From Botryllus schlosseri (Eukaryota): DNA of 64,000 nt. The stretch is taken from positions 16,246,001-16,310,000 of the forward strand of contig CM119372.1 in assembly GCA_051294905.1 (NCBI GenBank), given 5' to 3'. The translations under genes and the position numbers were made by a program. A model generated the notes under the pieces. The model searched no databases, was not told the origin of the DNA, and saw nothing but the letters and a program-made list of their open reading frames with translations. Positions 40,021 through 53,083 of this stretch are shown here, piece after piece; the stretch's first letter is position 1; each line of letters starts with the position of its first letter.

Positions 40021-40945
40021 ACAAGAACCCGTATTTAGATCTCTATTTGTATGTATAAAATATATCAAAACCATACATTTATGCTGTAAGTAAACTTGTC
40101 ATTCTCGGTATGGTTACTGCAACAATAATTTTTCGATGAACTTCACGTTATATATCCCCATACACTCTACAGCGGTGTCTCACAACCGATGTGTTGTGGC
40201 GCAGATCAGAAAGGGATGCACAGCGCTGCTCTTAACGGTATATGTAGCTCATTGCTTAATAGAGTTGGCTGCAATGAAATTTTCGTTATGTTTGGAAGCT
40301 GAGAAATCGGTGGATGCAGTCCTTTTTCCTAGAACTGGGGGATGGGTTTTGAAGAATCTAAGGTTGGCTCCAAGCCTTCTGCAATCTTGAGCTTTGGATG
40401 TGTTGGAGTTCTGATGGCAGTTTTAATTTCTCGTTACTTACAAGGGTGATAATCAATTTAAATGCCTCAATATTGAATCATATGATACCATATCCATTTA
40501 AAATACCGATGATTGATTTTGACTCATTCCGAGTTCAGTCAGATCATAATCACCGCTGTGTTGAGAGAAGGCCGAACTGCGATCTATTAACCAGAGTGAG
40601 TTAACAGGAGTAACAATACGGCGGAACGATAAGTTGATGCCGTTGTTATGTTCGTGTATTGGCGGTGACAGCCTCTGATATATATAGGACTAGTAATTAC
40701 TAATTAGTGCCAATCATTTCATCGTGTGCCTCGTTTAGTTTTATACCATTTCTATGATCTACTACGGCTTTTATGTCTATGTGTTCTCTGGATGATAATC
40801 ATTTGGTGGTCACGTGTCTTATAGTGATTCTGCTGTTAAAGATTAAATACATTGAATTCGTATTGAAAGTTTGTTGTATATTCACTGTTCTACAAATAAG
40901 GCATATGTTAAACATAAAACTTGGCTCCTAATTATTACCTATGGG

Positions 40946-41493
40946 TAGGGTTGTGTTTAAAACAAAAATCCATTTAAAACAAATATTTTTAAAACATGGC
41001 CCTTGTTTAAAACATGTTTTTCATCGTTTTTTTAAGCCATGACGTCACGCATATTCAATTGTGACGTCATGGTGGGTTGATATTCACAATTGAAAATATC
41101 GGGTAAATGTAGTTCCTTTGAAGAAATAGGCGACCAACCCCCGTCATATACGGACCAAAAATATCTTTAACCAGGACTACATCGTCTTGCAGCATTTTTA
41201 CGGTCGGCGGTCATCATCAGCAGAACAATCATTCCGTACCAAATATCTATGTCTGCGTAATAGAGATGTTGAACTGACTATTTCGAGGGTTCCAACCATC
41301 CCATATCGTATACGTCGGCTCTATCGGGCGGTAATCGTCGTCCGTAGGCTCATACAACATGTTTTTGGAAAGTATTTACACAATGATGGCATAATTATAT
41401 AATTTATTTTTATAGGCGATCGTTTAAAACACTGTTTGAAACATGTTTTAAACAAAGTGTTTTAAACAACCATTTGTTTTAAATGCAACCCTG
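40946..41493. mobile_element. Family D MITE, inverted copy
   Basis: Reverse-complement homology to 19429-19971. Confidence 0.85.
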
Positions 41494-41505
41494 GGTCTAT
41501 TACAT

Positions 41506-42038
41506 CCGGTTTGCAACCAAGTTACAAGGCTCCCAGTCACAAGTCAATCTCACGTTTATAGTTTTGACTCGAGTCAGGTCAAGTAATTTTAAATTCAACA
41601 CCGAGTCAAGTCCGAGTCCAAGTCAGCGAGCAGAGAGTCGAGTCCGAGTCCAAGTCATTGTGTTGACCGCTCAGTTCTCAGTTAAAGCTTGTTGAAACCA
41701 CTTTTTATAACTCTGTTTCGTGATATTGAATGGTTCACATTTATAATATAATAATTTTCCTCACTTTTAGCAGTTTCTGGTCGCATTTTCATGTACCAGT
41801 ACCAACAGACGAAATCCCAATAGTGTGGTTGCTTTACTATTCTTAGAAATTACAATGGAATAACGGTCTTGGTCGTCTGAGTCTCGAGTCATATGACTTG
41901 GTTCGAGTCGTGCGAAATGACTCGAGTCCAAGTCGAGTCAATACACAAATTGACTTAAGTCGAGACATTTCCGTATTTAAAGAAAATGACTCGAGTCAAG
42001 TCCAGGAATCGGAAAATCGTGACTCGAGTAGGACCCTG
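41506..42038. mobile_element. GAGTC/AAGTC-repeat MITE
   Basis: TSD TATTACAT. Confidence 0.8.
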
Positions 42039-42487
42039 TATTACATTAACGTTAATCATGACGTACATAGAATTATTACATCGCGAGAAATAACACTTCT
42101 GCAGTTCAACCTCGATTCAGTCGTATATGTTCGATTAATCCAGTGGAGGGCAACCTGTGGTCGTAGAGGGAAACTTGTGCGGCTGTGGACACATAATTCA
42201 ATTAGTATGTGCTGGCGGCCGTCGTCATGAATTTTGAATTTACAAATTAACTCATAAATTTTCGAGAGATTGAATAATCCTTGAGATATTTATTTGATAT
42301 TGAAATTTTATTCACCCTATAGTCCCGATTCAATGCGACTTCATATTCGATTTAATATAGTAGCGCCCTTTGCGATCTGAGCCCAAGAGTAGTGGTTCTC
42401 AACCGTCGATCCGCGGACCGGTACCGGTCTGTCAGGTATATTACAATTTTATACCTAAATTTAAAGGTGCAATATGTATTAGGCTTG

Positions 42488-42760
42488 TGTGGCGAGATAA
42501 CGTAGTGGTATAATGCACGGCTACACCACCAATAGGTCGCGGGTTCGAGTCCGACCGAGGTCGACTCCAGAATTCCTACCCAAGTGTTGGAGGCTTATCT
42601 AGTCTCCTCCCCGCAATCTCATCCGCGTTGGCGGTGTCTTATAAATGCCAAGAAGTTTGCCGTGCTTCAAGTCGGCAGCTACGGAATAAAAGTGAAGAAT
42701 ATCGGCCTGGTGTAAATGACCACAGTAGTCGACAAATACTGTGAATAGCACAAACAAACA
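42488..42760 (+). mobile_element. S1 SINE
   Basis: Same head and body, (AAAC)n tail. Confidence 0.88.
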
Positions 42761-43385
42761 TGTTGAAGTCATGTCCATTGATAAAATAAATAAAACATCA
42801 AATTTTTAACTGATTGAGAACTTCGTGAGATAACATTAGGTCTGAAGACATGTTCGATTTGACACCGCACATCCGGTAGTTTCCAATTTTTTATGGTCGT
42901 GACTCCATTTCCAATTTGAAAATGTTCCGTGGCCCACCTCAAAATTTCATCAGCTCATTACTAAGGTCGACACATTTGCCAAGACGACGTACAAGCGACC
43001 AGTACAAGCTGACTCACTAAACCGCGAGGTTTGCGCGATCGTTCGTTTTCGATTAATTCATTTTGTGCAGGACAGTGACTGCCGCACCCAAAACCCCTCA
43101 ATTGGAGCGGGGTCGAGCTCGAAGTGGGTCCCCAAATTATTTCGTGAATGAACATATATTATAGAGTAATTTTTGAAACGTTATCTACCTTTTTCAAATT
43201 GTTTCCGCGCTTTGCGCGATTTAGTGTCACAAAATGTATTCATTACTGGGTTCATAACACAACCAACACAATGAAGTTTAGGCTAACATGGAACTCCCAA
43301 AAGTGTGCCAAAATTTGGCTGCGAGAAAACCTTGGCCTGAAACGACTGCCCTTTGTCGAGCGAAAACTTCGATATACGTCTAATT

Positions 43386-44641
43386 CAGTGGTCGGGAACC
43401 TATGGCTCGCGAGCCATATATGGCTCTTTTGGGTATAAGATAAGTTATTTGCCAAATATTTATTTTTGTACTGAATTGATCAATATTGCATCAACTTGTT
43501 AGTAAATTTTCTTCGCGGCCGGAATAATTATTCTCGTGGCATTATAAACATGTCTTTGGGAGGTAAGGCAATGCCGTCTTCAGGTTTAGGGGCTTGGACC
43601 CCCTTTTTTCAAAATCCTCAAATTTAAGTTACTGTCGCGACGGCGACCAATATCACTCGCCAACTCGATGTACCCGACTCGAAATTTGGATAGCGCGATA
43701 AGTTGGTTGATCAAAGAGAATAGCAGGCATGGCGACGGCAATATGACAGCTTGGTTTCAAATACACACTGTATTCCTGATCTACAGCGCGAAATGAGCTG
43801 CTGTGGACGTGACATTCACAATTACAAACTCGATTTACAAGCGACGTCATATCTATCCACGTTCTTGATTGGCAAGTAGCTCTGTAGTACCGGCAATAAA
43901 ACGTAGGCGTGTAGCGCAACGTTATATGTTACCGCCTAATACTTTGAGAATTGAGAAGTCGATCATTATTTAGATTTTCGGAATCTGTGGATTAATATCA
44001 GTTATAATAAATTCCAAGATATTTACAGTTTACAATATTTACAATTTACGTTATCAATGGTGAGGCTTGGCCCGTCTGTGCCTTACCTCTCGTTTCGCGC
44101 TATATTTTCGAATAATAAATATGCAAATTGTGTGAATTTTGGAGTAAAATACTCAAAACCAAGTCATTCATGAACATCAATAGACAATAACAATAGTAAT
44201 TGAAGCTTTTACAATTTTCGTTCACTCATCCTGACGACAAGTGAGGCACTGCCTCACTTGCCTACCCTGATCCCACGTCACTGATGTATCACAGATTAGA
44301 GTCGGTAGGCCTGGATAATGCTAGTGACCATGTTTGGCTCCACCTACGCATATGATCATGGGTTCTCGTATTTAAAAGGACCATCACGACGAACCTACTG
44401 TCCCGCAACTCAAGTTTCGCATGCTCAAATAAGGCAACCAGCATGATTAGTTCTAGTTTTCATGGGAAAATGTGGCGCACACGACAAACCCCACGTAGTG
44501 AGTTCGAATTAGTGTTACCATAATGCCAGGAATTTTCAATTGTGACGTAACAGCTGATTGACATGTATGGCTCTTTCGGAGTTAAAATGGAAAAAATAAC
44601 GCCAATATGGCTCTTCGGACAAAAAAGGTTCCCGACCTGTG
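43386..44641. mobile_element. Buster-type MITE (CAGTGGTCGGGAACC); inverted homolog at about 11483-12490
   Basis: TSD GTCTAATT / GTCTAGTT. Confidence 0.82.
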
Positions 44642-44888
44642 GTCTAGTTGAACATCGGCGCCTAAATGGCTGGCGCTGAATCTCGCTGTCCTGGCAATCT
44701 GTACCCCACAGGACAAATGCCATACCACGGGGAAAAATTATTTGCGTATGAAGGAATAGCAATTTGATATCGTGTGCGTGTGGTTAGAACGTTTGGGCGA
44801 TTTCAATATCTAATCGCTATAGCAGACAGGAGGTCACGAAATAATAACATGCAACGAAATAATAATTCTTACAGGCTCGCCTGAATAT

Positions 44889-45868
44889 TAGGGATGGTGT
44901 GAACCTCTGAAAGGTTCAGGTTCGTGTGAACGCGAACCTTTTTGAAAGGTTCTGCGTGAACACGAACGTGAACCTCGTGACGTCACGTGACGTTACTTTG
45001 CTAATTCCAACCCTTTCTTTCAATAAAGTGATAGCCTTTGCCCTATATCAATGTACACGATACCTAGCGAAGATTCGGCCCACATAATGCCACAATGATG
45101 AAGTACATATCGGCGTTTTAAACGTCGCTAAATGTATCAATTGCGGTAATCGAAGGATATAATAATTGCATAAAATCAGTACCTTCCGTCGCTTTGCCAA
45201 CAATTTCGACGAGGACTTACCAAGGAATATAAGCTTACGCCTTAACGGTCCTAGCCAGACCGGACAATGTGTTCTGAGTATTGATTCATTGATATTGAGC
45301 AGAGTGTACAACTGGTTTCTATACTCGCTACCGATACCACAAACAACAAGTTATGCAGCAGTAGCAAGCACCTTAATCGCACGAATTTGGTTTTAATGAT
45401 ACAGTAAAGATATGAAGTCAAGATTGACCCAGTACGACCGTTCGATTTTTTACATCAGAAGACGATATCAATGTCATTGATTGGTTGAATAAGCATCATT
45501 CGCTGACTACGTATATCGATTGCGGGTCAAGCTCACAGCAGAGAGTCACTAAATATTCACAAACGGAAAGCTGGATGTTCCGAGAAAATTTTTGCAGCAT
45601 AGCAAGTAAAACTTTTAAGGTTGTCGAGGTGAATGGTGCATGCTCGTTTAGTGTTGATTTTCTATGCTGCCAGCACCATGCATGGAGTGGCCCGCAGTTG
45701 AAATGCAATAAATCTGAGCCAAAGATCTTATAATGGAGTGAAAATTACAATTTACCAAAAGGTTCACAGTGCAGAACCTACCAAGGTTCTGTTGTGAACG
45801 CGAACCTCTAAATTTCCGAGGTTCACACACAGAACGCGAACGTGAACCTCACGTTCACACCATCTCTA
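44889..45868. mobile_element. Family B MITE
   Basis: TSD CTGAATAT. Confidence 0.92.
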
Positions 45869-46291
45869 CTGAATATGCTTGAATATCGATTACATGCCCG
45901 GCCTTTTTCAAGACGACACCTCACTCAGCTCTACCGGAGAATCTGATGATTCTGAGAGGATAAAAAATTCAAAGCAGTAGATATGCTGTTACCAATATTA
46001 TTGACCGATGCACTCTCGAATTATAGAAAATGTTCGCGCTCGGTTCGATTTGGGGACATAAACTCTCTGCCTACACTGAGTAGAATGAGTGTGCTCACAA
46101 ATTATGATGAAAATACCCATTTAACTGTGGGATCTCGGGGGCGACCCCCTCGCCAGAAGTTTGGCTCATCACCCTATAGTTCATTTTCTGGGAGGGAGGG
46201 CGACGAAGGGATTTTGTGGATGGCCAGGTGTAGCTGTTGTCAGGTGTTTTCGTGCGGTGCATTGTATTCCTGGTAGCCATAGTAACCTAGG

Positions 46292-46500
46292 GATAGCCGT
46301 AGTCGGCAATGAGCAAGGTAGCACGACAAGGTGCTTGGTTCGACTCCGAAACACTAAGCTATTGTCGAAGAGAAGAATTTTATTCGAGTAACTGCGGTTG
46401 GTTAAATCCACGACTTTCGGCCCGAAAGACTGTAAACTACTCTCGACGGTTGCACATTTGTCTGGGCAAAGCATTCTACCTCGATTCAGCAGAATCGCTA
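46292..46500 (+). mobile_element. Degenerate tRNA-like SINE head (third family)
   Basis: TAGCCGTAGTCGG ... GGTTCGACTCC A/B-box-like pair; extent uncertain. Confidence 0.4.
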
Positions 46501-48209
46501 CCGCAAAATCATATGGATGCCAACATGAACATAATTAAGTACGATTAAATCCCTCAAAATGTCACCCTCTAGCACCGTATGCTTGCGAAAACGATTGTGT
46601 ATTTTACATTTTTCGTTGATTTCAATTTTTGAAAGTCCATCGGTCCGCCAAATATTAAAAAAATTTACCGGTCCGCGAGGTGAAAAAGGTTGAGAACCAT
46701 TGCCCTAGAGTACAGATGCGAACAGTGGAATAAAATTATGTACCCCATGTAGAAATACCAACATGGAATCGTGTGCTCCTCACGAAAGAAATTTGTTTCT
46801 GATAACGTATGGGAGATTCTAATATTTTACCGCTATACCGACAATCCTGATGGGAGGTCAAGAAATTACACCATGCCACAAAGTGACGAATAGCAATCAG
46901 CCCACCCGAATATGCATCATCACTTATAACTTGCCCTAAATTTTCGAAAATACTCCCTCCATCAACTATACGGGTGAATCTGGTCACATGGGCTGAGAAA
47001 AGGAAAAATAACAGCGCTGTTTCGTGTGCTATCGTAGTAGAAAGTAGAAGTAGAAAATCATGAAGCGTAGAGCTAATCCCTCAAATGGGGGATTAACATT
47101 TGAGCTCGAATTTCCTCACGTGTACAATACCATATCTGCAAAAGGCGTTTCCCAATACGTATGCACATATGCCCGCATACACTCCAACCTAATTTTGCAA
47201 TAGACCTATCGGCTAAAACATTTTATTTGCATGAATGAAAGAAAATACTTCATATCGGAAAGTGTGTTGAATGATCCAAAGCCGCGATGATCGCGAGCCG
47301 CACTGAAGAAACAGGAGTAGCCGACTTTGTGAAATGGGAAGAGACTGCAACATAGATATTTCATATTTTATAAGTATACCCTATTTCTCTGACCTACTTG
47401 ATCAAATGTCTTTCTATACACTCACTTACCTCATGGTGGTATCTGCTTATTTGAGCTTCAAGGCGCCACATTCTTCTAGTACAAGTAAACATATAGTGGG
47501 GATGACGTTAACCCCTACACGGTTCGTGCTCGTAAGGACATGGAATTTTATAACAGGTTTTTCGTGAACGCGAACGTGAGCATTAGGACCTTCACTGACT
47601 AATAAGTTGGGTTACCTAATTAGTCAGTTTCATTGAAATAGTCTCGTTAAAATGATGGTGATATAATTCGCGAATAAAGACTTTCGCCACTAATGTAGGG
47701 TACCACAAAGCGGAAATAAATTGACAAGCCGGTAAAAAAAAATACAGCAACATATACATTGCCTAGCGAGAGTAATTAGGCATTGTCTTTTGCCGCGCTT
47801 GTAGATTTCACACAGTCATAATGAAGTCTGTGGCAGGACTCTTTACAATGCTTGATGATATTTGTATTTCCGGACTCCTATGTTAATCTCGCAGGCGAGG
47901 CAGCTGTCTTCCTTGATGTCACCATGAACCGGTAAGCATGGAATTCCTGTGTCTTCCTGTGCCGCAGAAATATGATGAGCATAAACGGCAAACTGTTAAA
48001 TGATAAAGTATTGTTACGGGATATAATATTTTAAAATATTAGTATTTGTGTGGTAGTGTCAAGTATACTACACAAATTTAAGTATAAGATGTTACAGAAA
48101 TATAGTCAGATATTCTTTAATGCATTTAGGACAGTGGTCGGGAACCTTTATCGTTGAAGGCCCCTTATATTGGCCTATCATACTTTCAATTGCCAAAGAA
48201 CCAAAACAT

Positions 48210-48482
48210 TAGGGTTACCATATTTTGGGAATCTGAAAAGAGCTCACTTTTTCAAAATTTTCAGGCTTACGATACTGGAATAAAAGTCATTCTTCTGGAT
48301 CAAGTCTAAAAAACCCACCAGATCGTTACTTGAGCGCTGATTTCCCATATCTCAGTCCAATTTTCACATACATTTCACTAAAATTTTCAAAAATGAGGAC
48401 ATTTAGGCGTCTTCCGAGGACACTTTCAAAAAAGTCAAAAAAGAGGACAAATGCTCTTAAAAGAGGACGTATGGTAACCCTA
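48210..48482. mobile_element. TAGGGTTACCATA MITE
   Basis: Both TIRs present; TSD unclear. Confidence 0.8.
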
Positions 48483-48820
48483 CATAAAACAGTTTTAACC
48501 AAATCACAATTGACAATTTCTGACGTCAATAGTAAAAAAAATCATGCTTAAAACAAGGGCCACGTTTTAAACAGTTTTTTTTTGTTTATCCACACATATA
48601 ACCTACAAAATAAAACGCCCGAGTTCCTTCACATCGATGCGTGTCTTCAAACAACAATCAGGTATGCCAAGGATTTTCAACCCATAGGCTGTGAACCTGT
48701 TTTTATTGGCCCACAGAGTCAGCATGGTATTGTAACCGCCCGACTCTGGAGACCCAATGAGTTTGGAATCTCCGATTGGCAAGATCAGTCATGCGTACAG
48801 AAAGGGCATTGGAATTATTA

Positions 48821-49900
48821 CACTGGTCAACACAACTTTTGTTGACTTTGATCCGACAATTGACGTTGACTAACTTTTGGGCGCTGAATTCAAAAATGAC
48901 TTATGTTTTTCTCTATCACGTCAAGTTTTTGGGTTAGTCACTCCCACCTAATAGTACTACTTTTAATATTTTGTGTTTATTGTATAAAACGTTTCAAAAA
49001 CCCCAAGCAGCCGAAAGTAAAACAATAGGTTTCAAATAACAATTGCACTGCTTTATTTGGTTGATTTAAACTGATATTGCTTCTGCAGGCATATAAAGTG
49101 CGAGTTTCAGGGTTCACATTTTCTCTAATGACTCATAATTCTGTGGGTTGTCTCGTTTAATACTGCCGGCAATAGTCTGCTAACATTGTAAGCTCCAATC
49201 CACTCTGGTATTATATTACCTCAAACATCTTCAGATATTGTAGGACACTTTCTCCTTGCCCATCGCTGAATATGCCAAGGTTTTCCGTGAAATTATTTTG
49301 ATATGTTAGCTTTTTTAATGTCTTCTGTACGACATAAACATATGAAACTGAAAGTAGCACATGGGTATCAGGGTTACATGTGCATTGTGCATCTTTATTG
49401 TCTGGCCACTAAGAAACACAATATCTCAAACTGACAAATATGATCCAATCGTGCTTGTGATATTGCAACAATTCAACGTTTCTGTATTATTCACGAAGAA
49501 TAACTGAGTGTGTAATTGCTACTGCACCTAAAACGTTGCCATTTTGGAGAATGCCACACTATAGGATCCTTCTTGAGCTACCAATAGACATTCGGCATTC
49601 ACTTGAGCTGTAAATCAGGATTCCTAGCTTCCCCAGCAACCCATGGTAACAGTATCCTGCCAATGCCAGTATCACGGCACTACATAAAGCTACCGAAAGT
49701 AGCCCTATGATGAAAACGCCGTTTCTCATGATAAGTGATATATATTCTCTCTCTTGCCGAATAATATTGTCTCAATTCGCAAGGATGCTAAAATTCCGAA
49801 TATTCCTATTCCAAGTCCCGAAGCCTATATAAAATCATTTAACTTGTGTTGATGGACTATTCTGCGTTCTGAATAATCTTCGATTTCAAAATCTTCATCA
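48821..49900 (-). mobile_element. Decayed, internally deleted Chapaev3-like DNA transposon
   Basis: Minus-strand relics: DEDF...QHKLNDF...ILAS (about 49780-49900), ECRMSIGSSRRIL*CGILQNGN (cf. EWRLFIDSSKRSLKxVLLHNGN; about 49500-49645) and FTENLGIFSDGQGE...MLADYC..IKRD (49141-49292). Terminus TTA|CACTGGTCAACA at 48821. Confidence 0.75.
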
Positions 49901-50077
49901 TTAAGCCTGCTATACCCCTAATTATAGGATAATTACTAATGCCAATCATCTCATAGTTTGAGGTGGTTAGGTAAGTCATGTGATGAGTATCTGATTATCG
50001 ACTTGCTAGCAGCTGTATGAGTACATGTGTTATTGACGTGTATTTTATAATGTACCCTTACATATGTAGCATCTCTT

Positions 50078-50852
50078 TTACGAATACGAATAACCGTCCT
50101 TTATAGATCGAGCCCTTGCATGAAAATTATAATTTGGCAGTGTTATCGTCGCTTGAACTGCGGGAGAATAGGGCCTTGCAAAAGCCTGAAGGGAAAGCAG
50201 ATCTTCTTTTGCAGTTGTAGCAGTCTCAACAGATAGTTTGATGGCGTGGAGCGTCATGACTGTTGATGAGAGAATTCTCAAATCTAAAATTCGGACTATA
50301 GCCTACACAGAGCAATAACTATGAATCGGAGTTATATCGCGCGGTGCGCGAAAATAGTTTTATTCGACCGCAGTTTCGCGCCCCAGTTTGAGAACCACTG
50401 TTCTATGACGTGCTGAATCGGAAATCGGAAATAAAATTAGAACGGGTAGAGTAATGAAGTAATAAAGTAGCGACATATAAACACTCACTTTTTCGTAGCC
50501 TCCTTGTTTTATGAGTCATACAGCTTCCAAGCCCTCTATCCACCAAGCAGTAATTTGCTTTACACCGGTTTCCAATTAGTTTGAGAACCCTCATAACTTG
50601 ATGATAAAATGAGAAAGATTAAAATGTTCAGCGGTTAATTTATTATGCGATCAAACATATATTTGAGCAACATTTCACCATGTGCAAGTGCATGGTAAAA
50701 TCGCATTAAGACGATACAATACTCTTGTAGTCTTGCTTATGCTTACGAAAGACCAACAAACCTGATCTCTTGGACTGATGCGCATCAAGTTCATCACAAG
50801 AATACTTGAATAGCAATAGGAAAAGTAAAGACCAGGCAGCAGATGAGTTCAT
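50078..50852 (-). CDS. Candidate 98-aa secreted peptide precursor; complement(join(50078..50283,50762..50852))
   Basis: Hydrophobic N-terminus MNSSAAWSLLFLLLFKYSC followed by a KR site. Donor CAG|GTTTGT and acceptor TTTTAG are in matching phase. No recognised homology. Confidence 0.28.
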
Positions 50853-52914
50853 CGCCAATTTTCATTCTGCAAAGGAATTTGAAAGTTATTTGTGTTTATT
50901 ATAATAAAACGACATAACCAACGAAAATGAACTCGTGTGAGTGCCAATCACCACGCGATGCTGATGAGACATTATGTAGTTCATGTTGCAACAATCCCCG
51001 AGGTCCAACAATCATTTTGCGCGAGTCAATATCATTTTCTACTATCTGAGAAATAATCGTATTGTATCGTAATTGTATCGCATGTTTATGACAGCTCGTC
51101 GACGAGGACATTATTATCTCTAGCAGCTCGGTGTGAAATTACGCAAAGCGCAAAATCTCGACGCTTCGATTCATGCCTGCTGTTAAAGCCTACCTAACAT
51201 CCCGTTGTACAATGTACATGCACATTGCATATGTTTTGATAATACCAATATGCTACATACGCAAATGCACAAAACGCATAATGTGCAATGTGCCCGGACG
51301 ATTTTCCTGATTTTCAACATACCTCCTTTAATTAATGCAAGCAATATAGTTTTGTGGTCTCCCCACTAGAGTATAAATCATTGAAATTTAAACACAACTT
51401 ACCAACTTTGGATCATCTGCAAGTACGCTTCGTCACTGAATTAGCGGTCAAATGCCAAACAGATCATTCCATTAAGTGCATATATATTCTTCGTGTATCT
51501 CCCGCTGATTTCTCTCTCCTCGGCCCTTTTTTGCATGCCTAGTTTATATCACACTTCATTGAGATAGTCTTTTGACATCTTCGAAATCGAGTTTATATCT
51601 TATGTCTTACGTAATACTTGATTGGATAGGAATTGTTTGACTGTCTTCCACAATAAAACACGAGCTCAGCGACGCATATCAAGTACGATGGATTAGCTGG
51701 ACAGGTTCGGGACGGAAGCTCCACCTAAATACTTTAGAGAAGCTTGCATATGCGAATATCAGAATATAGAAACATCGAAATAGTAATGCAAGTTGCATGC
51801 TCTAGCGACCTGTTCGATTATCAAATTAAGGGGGTTTTGATATTTCCAGAGTCAGTTTAGCTAACATTATTTCTCGTCGATCGATATATAGCCGAGTAGG
51901 TCGAACATAACGTGCATGATCTTTAAGGGGATGAATAACAACTAGTTGGAATAGGAAACTGCGGCCCATGGGCCAAATGATGCAGGCATGCTTCTGACGC
52001 TATGCCTGTATATCCATGCTACTAATGAAACGTTTTCTAGAAGAACTACCACCCTAGATACAACACCAACAACACCAACGTTAAAAGTCATCACTTAAAG
52101 TCATGTACAAAGTATTAATTATAGTTTATGTGGTTACTTAATACCTTCTTGGTTCATGCTTGTATTGGAATAACCGCTCGATACGACCTCGCTTAGTTGT
52201 ATTGTAGGGTTCGTCAAAAACGTTGTACACCAAAATATGCTCCATTACAAACAATAGAATTTCAATTATTACCATTCGAAATTTAGGAGAATTTTCTAAA
52301 TAGTAGTATTCATGGTGACAAGTTTCCGTAGGCTACTTCGCCATGAACAAACTTCTGGTTCCATACATGCATACGGAAAAAGTCCTGCTTTTTTCGCGTT
52401 TTCCATTTTTAGACGAGCCTATGGTAGGGTTTGGAAATAAATCGGTATTCAATGACAGAAATGACGTTGCTGATTAGCTGGAAATGAGTCTACGTCAATG
52501 GTACCTCAAGTAAGCGATATCACCATCTGGGAGGTTATCCTTTAGTGGCAAGGTGATAAAGAACGAAGGGACGTAACGGTCGCAAATGTTGATCATGCAG
52601 TCAGCTACATTTAATTATCTGTTTGACTCCTTCATGGGTTCAATATTTATTCAATGGATGTTTGATGGAAAATCGTTTCATTACTTGACTGATCTCATTT
52701 CGCGCTCGGAGAAAAGGATCAAGCAAGAGATATGCACCACATTCCACCAATTGAAATTGTCTATGAGTTATTTTGAATTCTTAGCAGTTATAATTATAGA
52801 ACTGCGTTGAAGTAATATTAAGTATCTGAAGGGTAATATTATATCTGTATCAACAATCTGTTGAAGCAGAAGTAGTTTACAAAAAAGACTGGTCGAGTAA
52901 CTGAAACATGTAGC

Positions 52915-53083
52915 CTACTGTACAGTGTACAGTGTACATTAATATAGGCTATCACTTCACATAAATGTAGGGTTGGAATTAGTAATATGACGTCACGAGG
53001 TTCACGTTCGCATTCACACAGAACCTTTCAAAAAGGTTCGCGTTCACACGAACCTGAACCTTTCAGAGGTTCACGCCATCCCT
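52915..53083. mobile_element. Family B terminal fragment
   Basis: Matches one end of family B. Confidence 0.8.

Larger units (their letters stand above)
42390..46702. mobile_element. Buster-type MITE expanded to 4.3 kb by nested insertions
   Basis: TIR (T/C)A(G/A)TGGTTCTCAACC; TSD CCCAAGAG / CCCTAGAG; the host repeat resumes collinearly with the 20816 copy. Confidence 0.82.
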
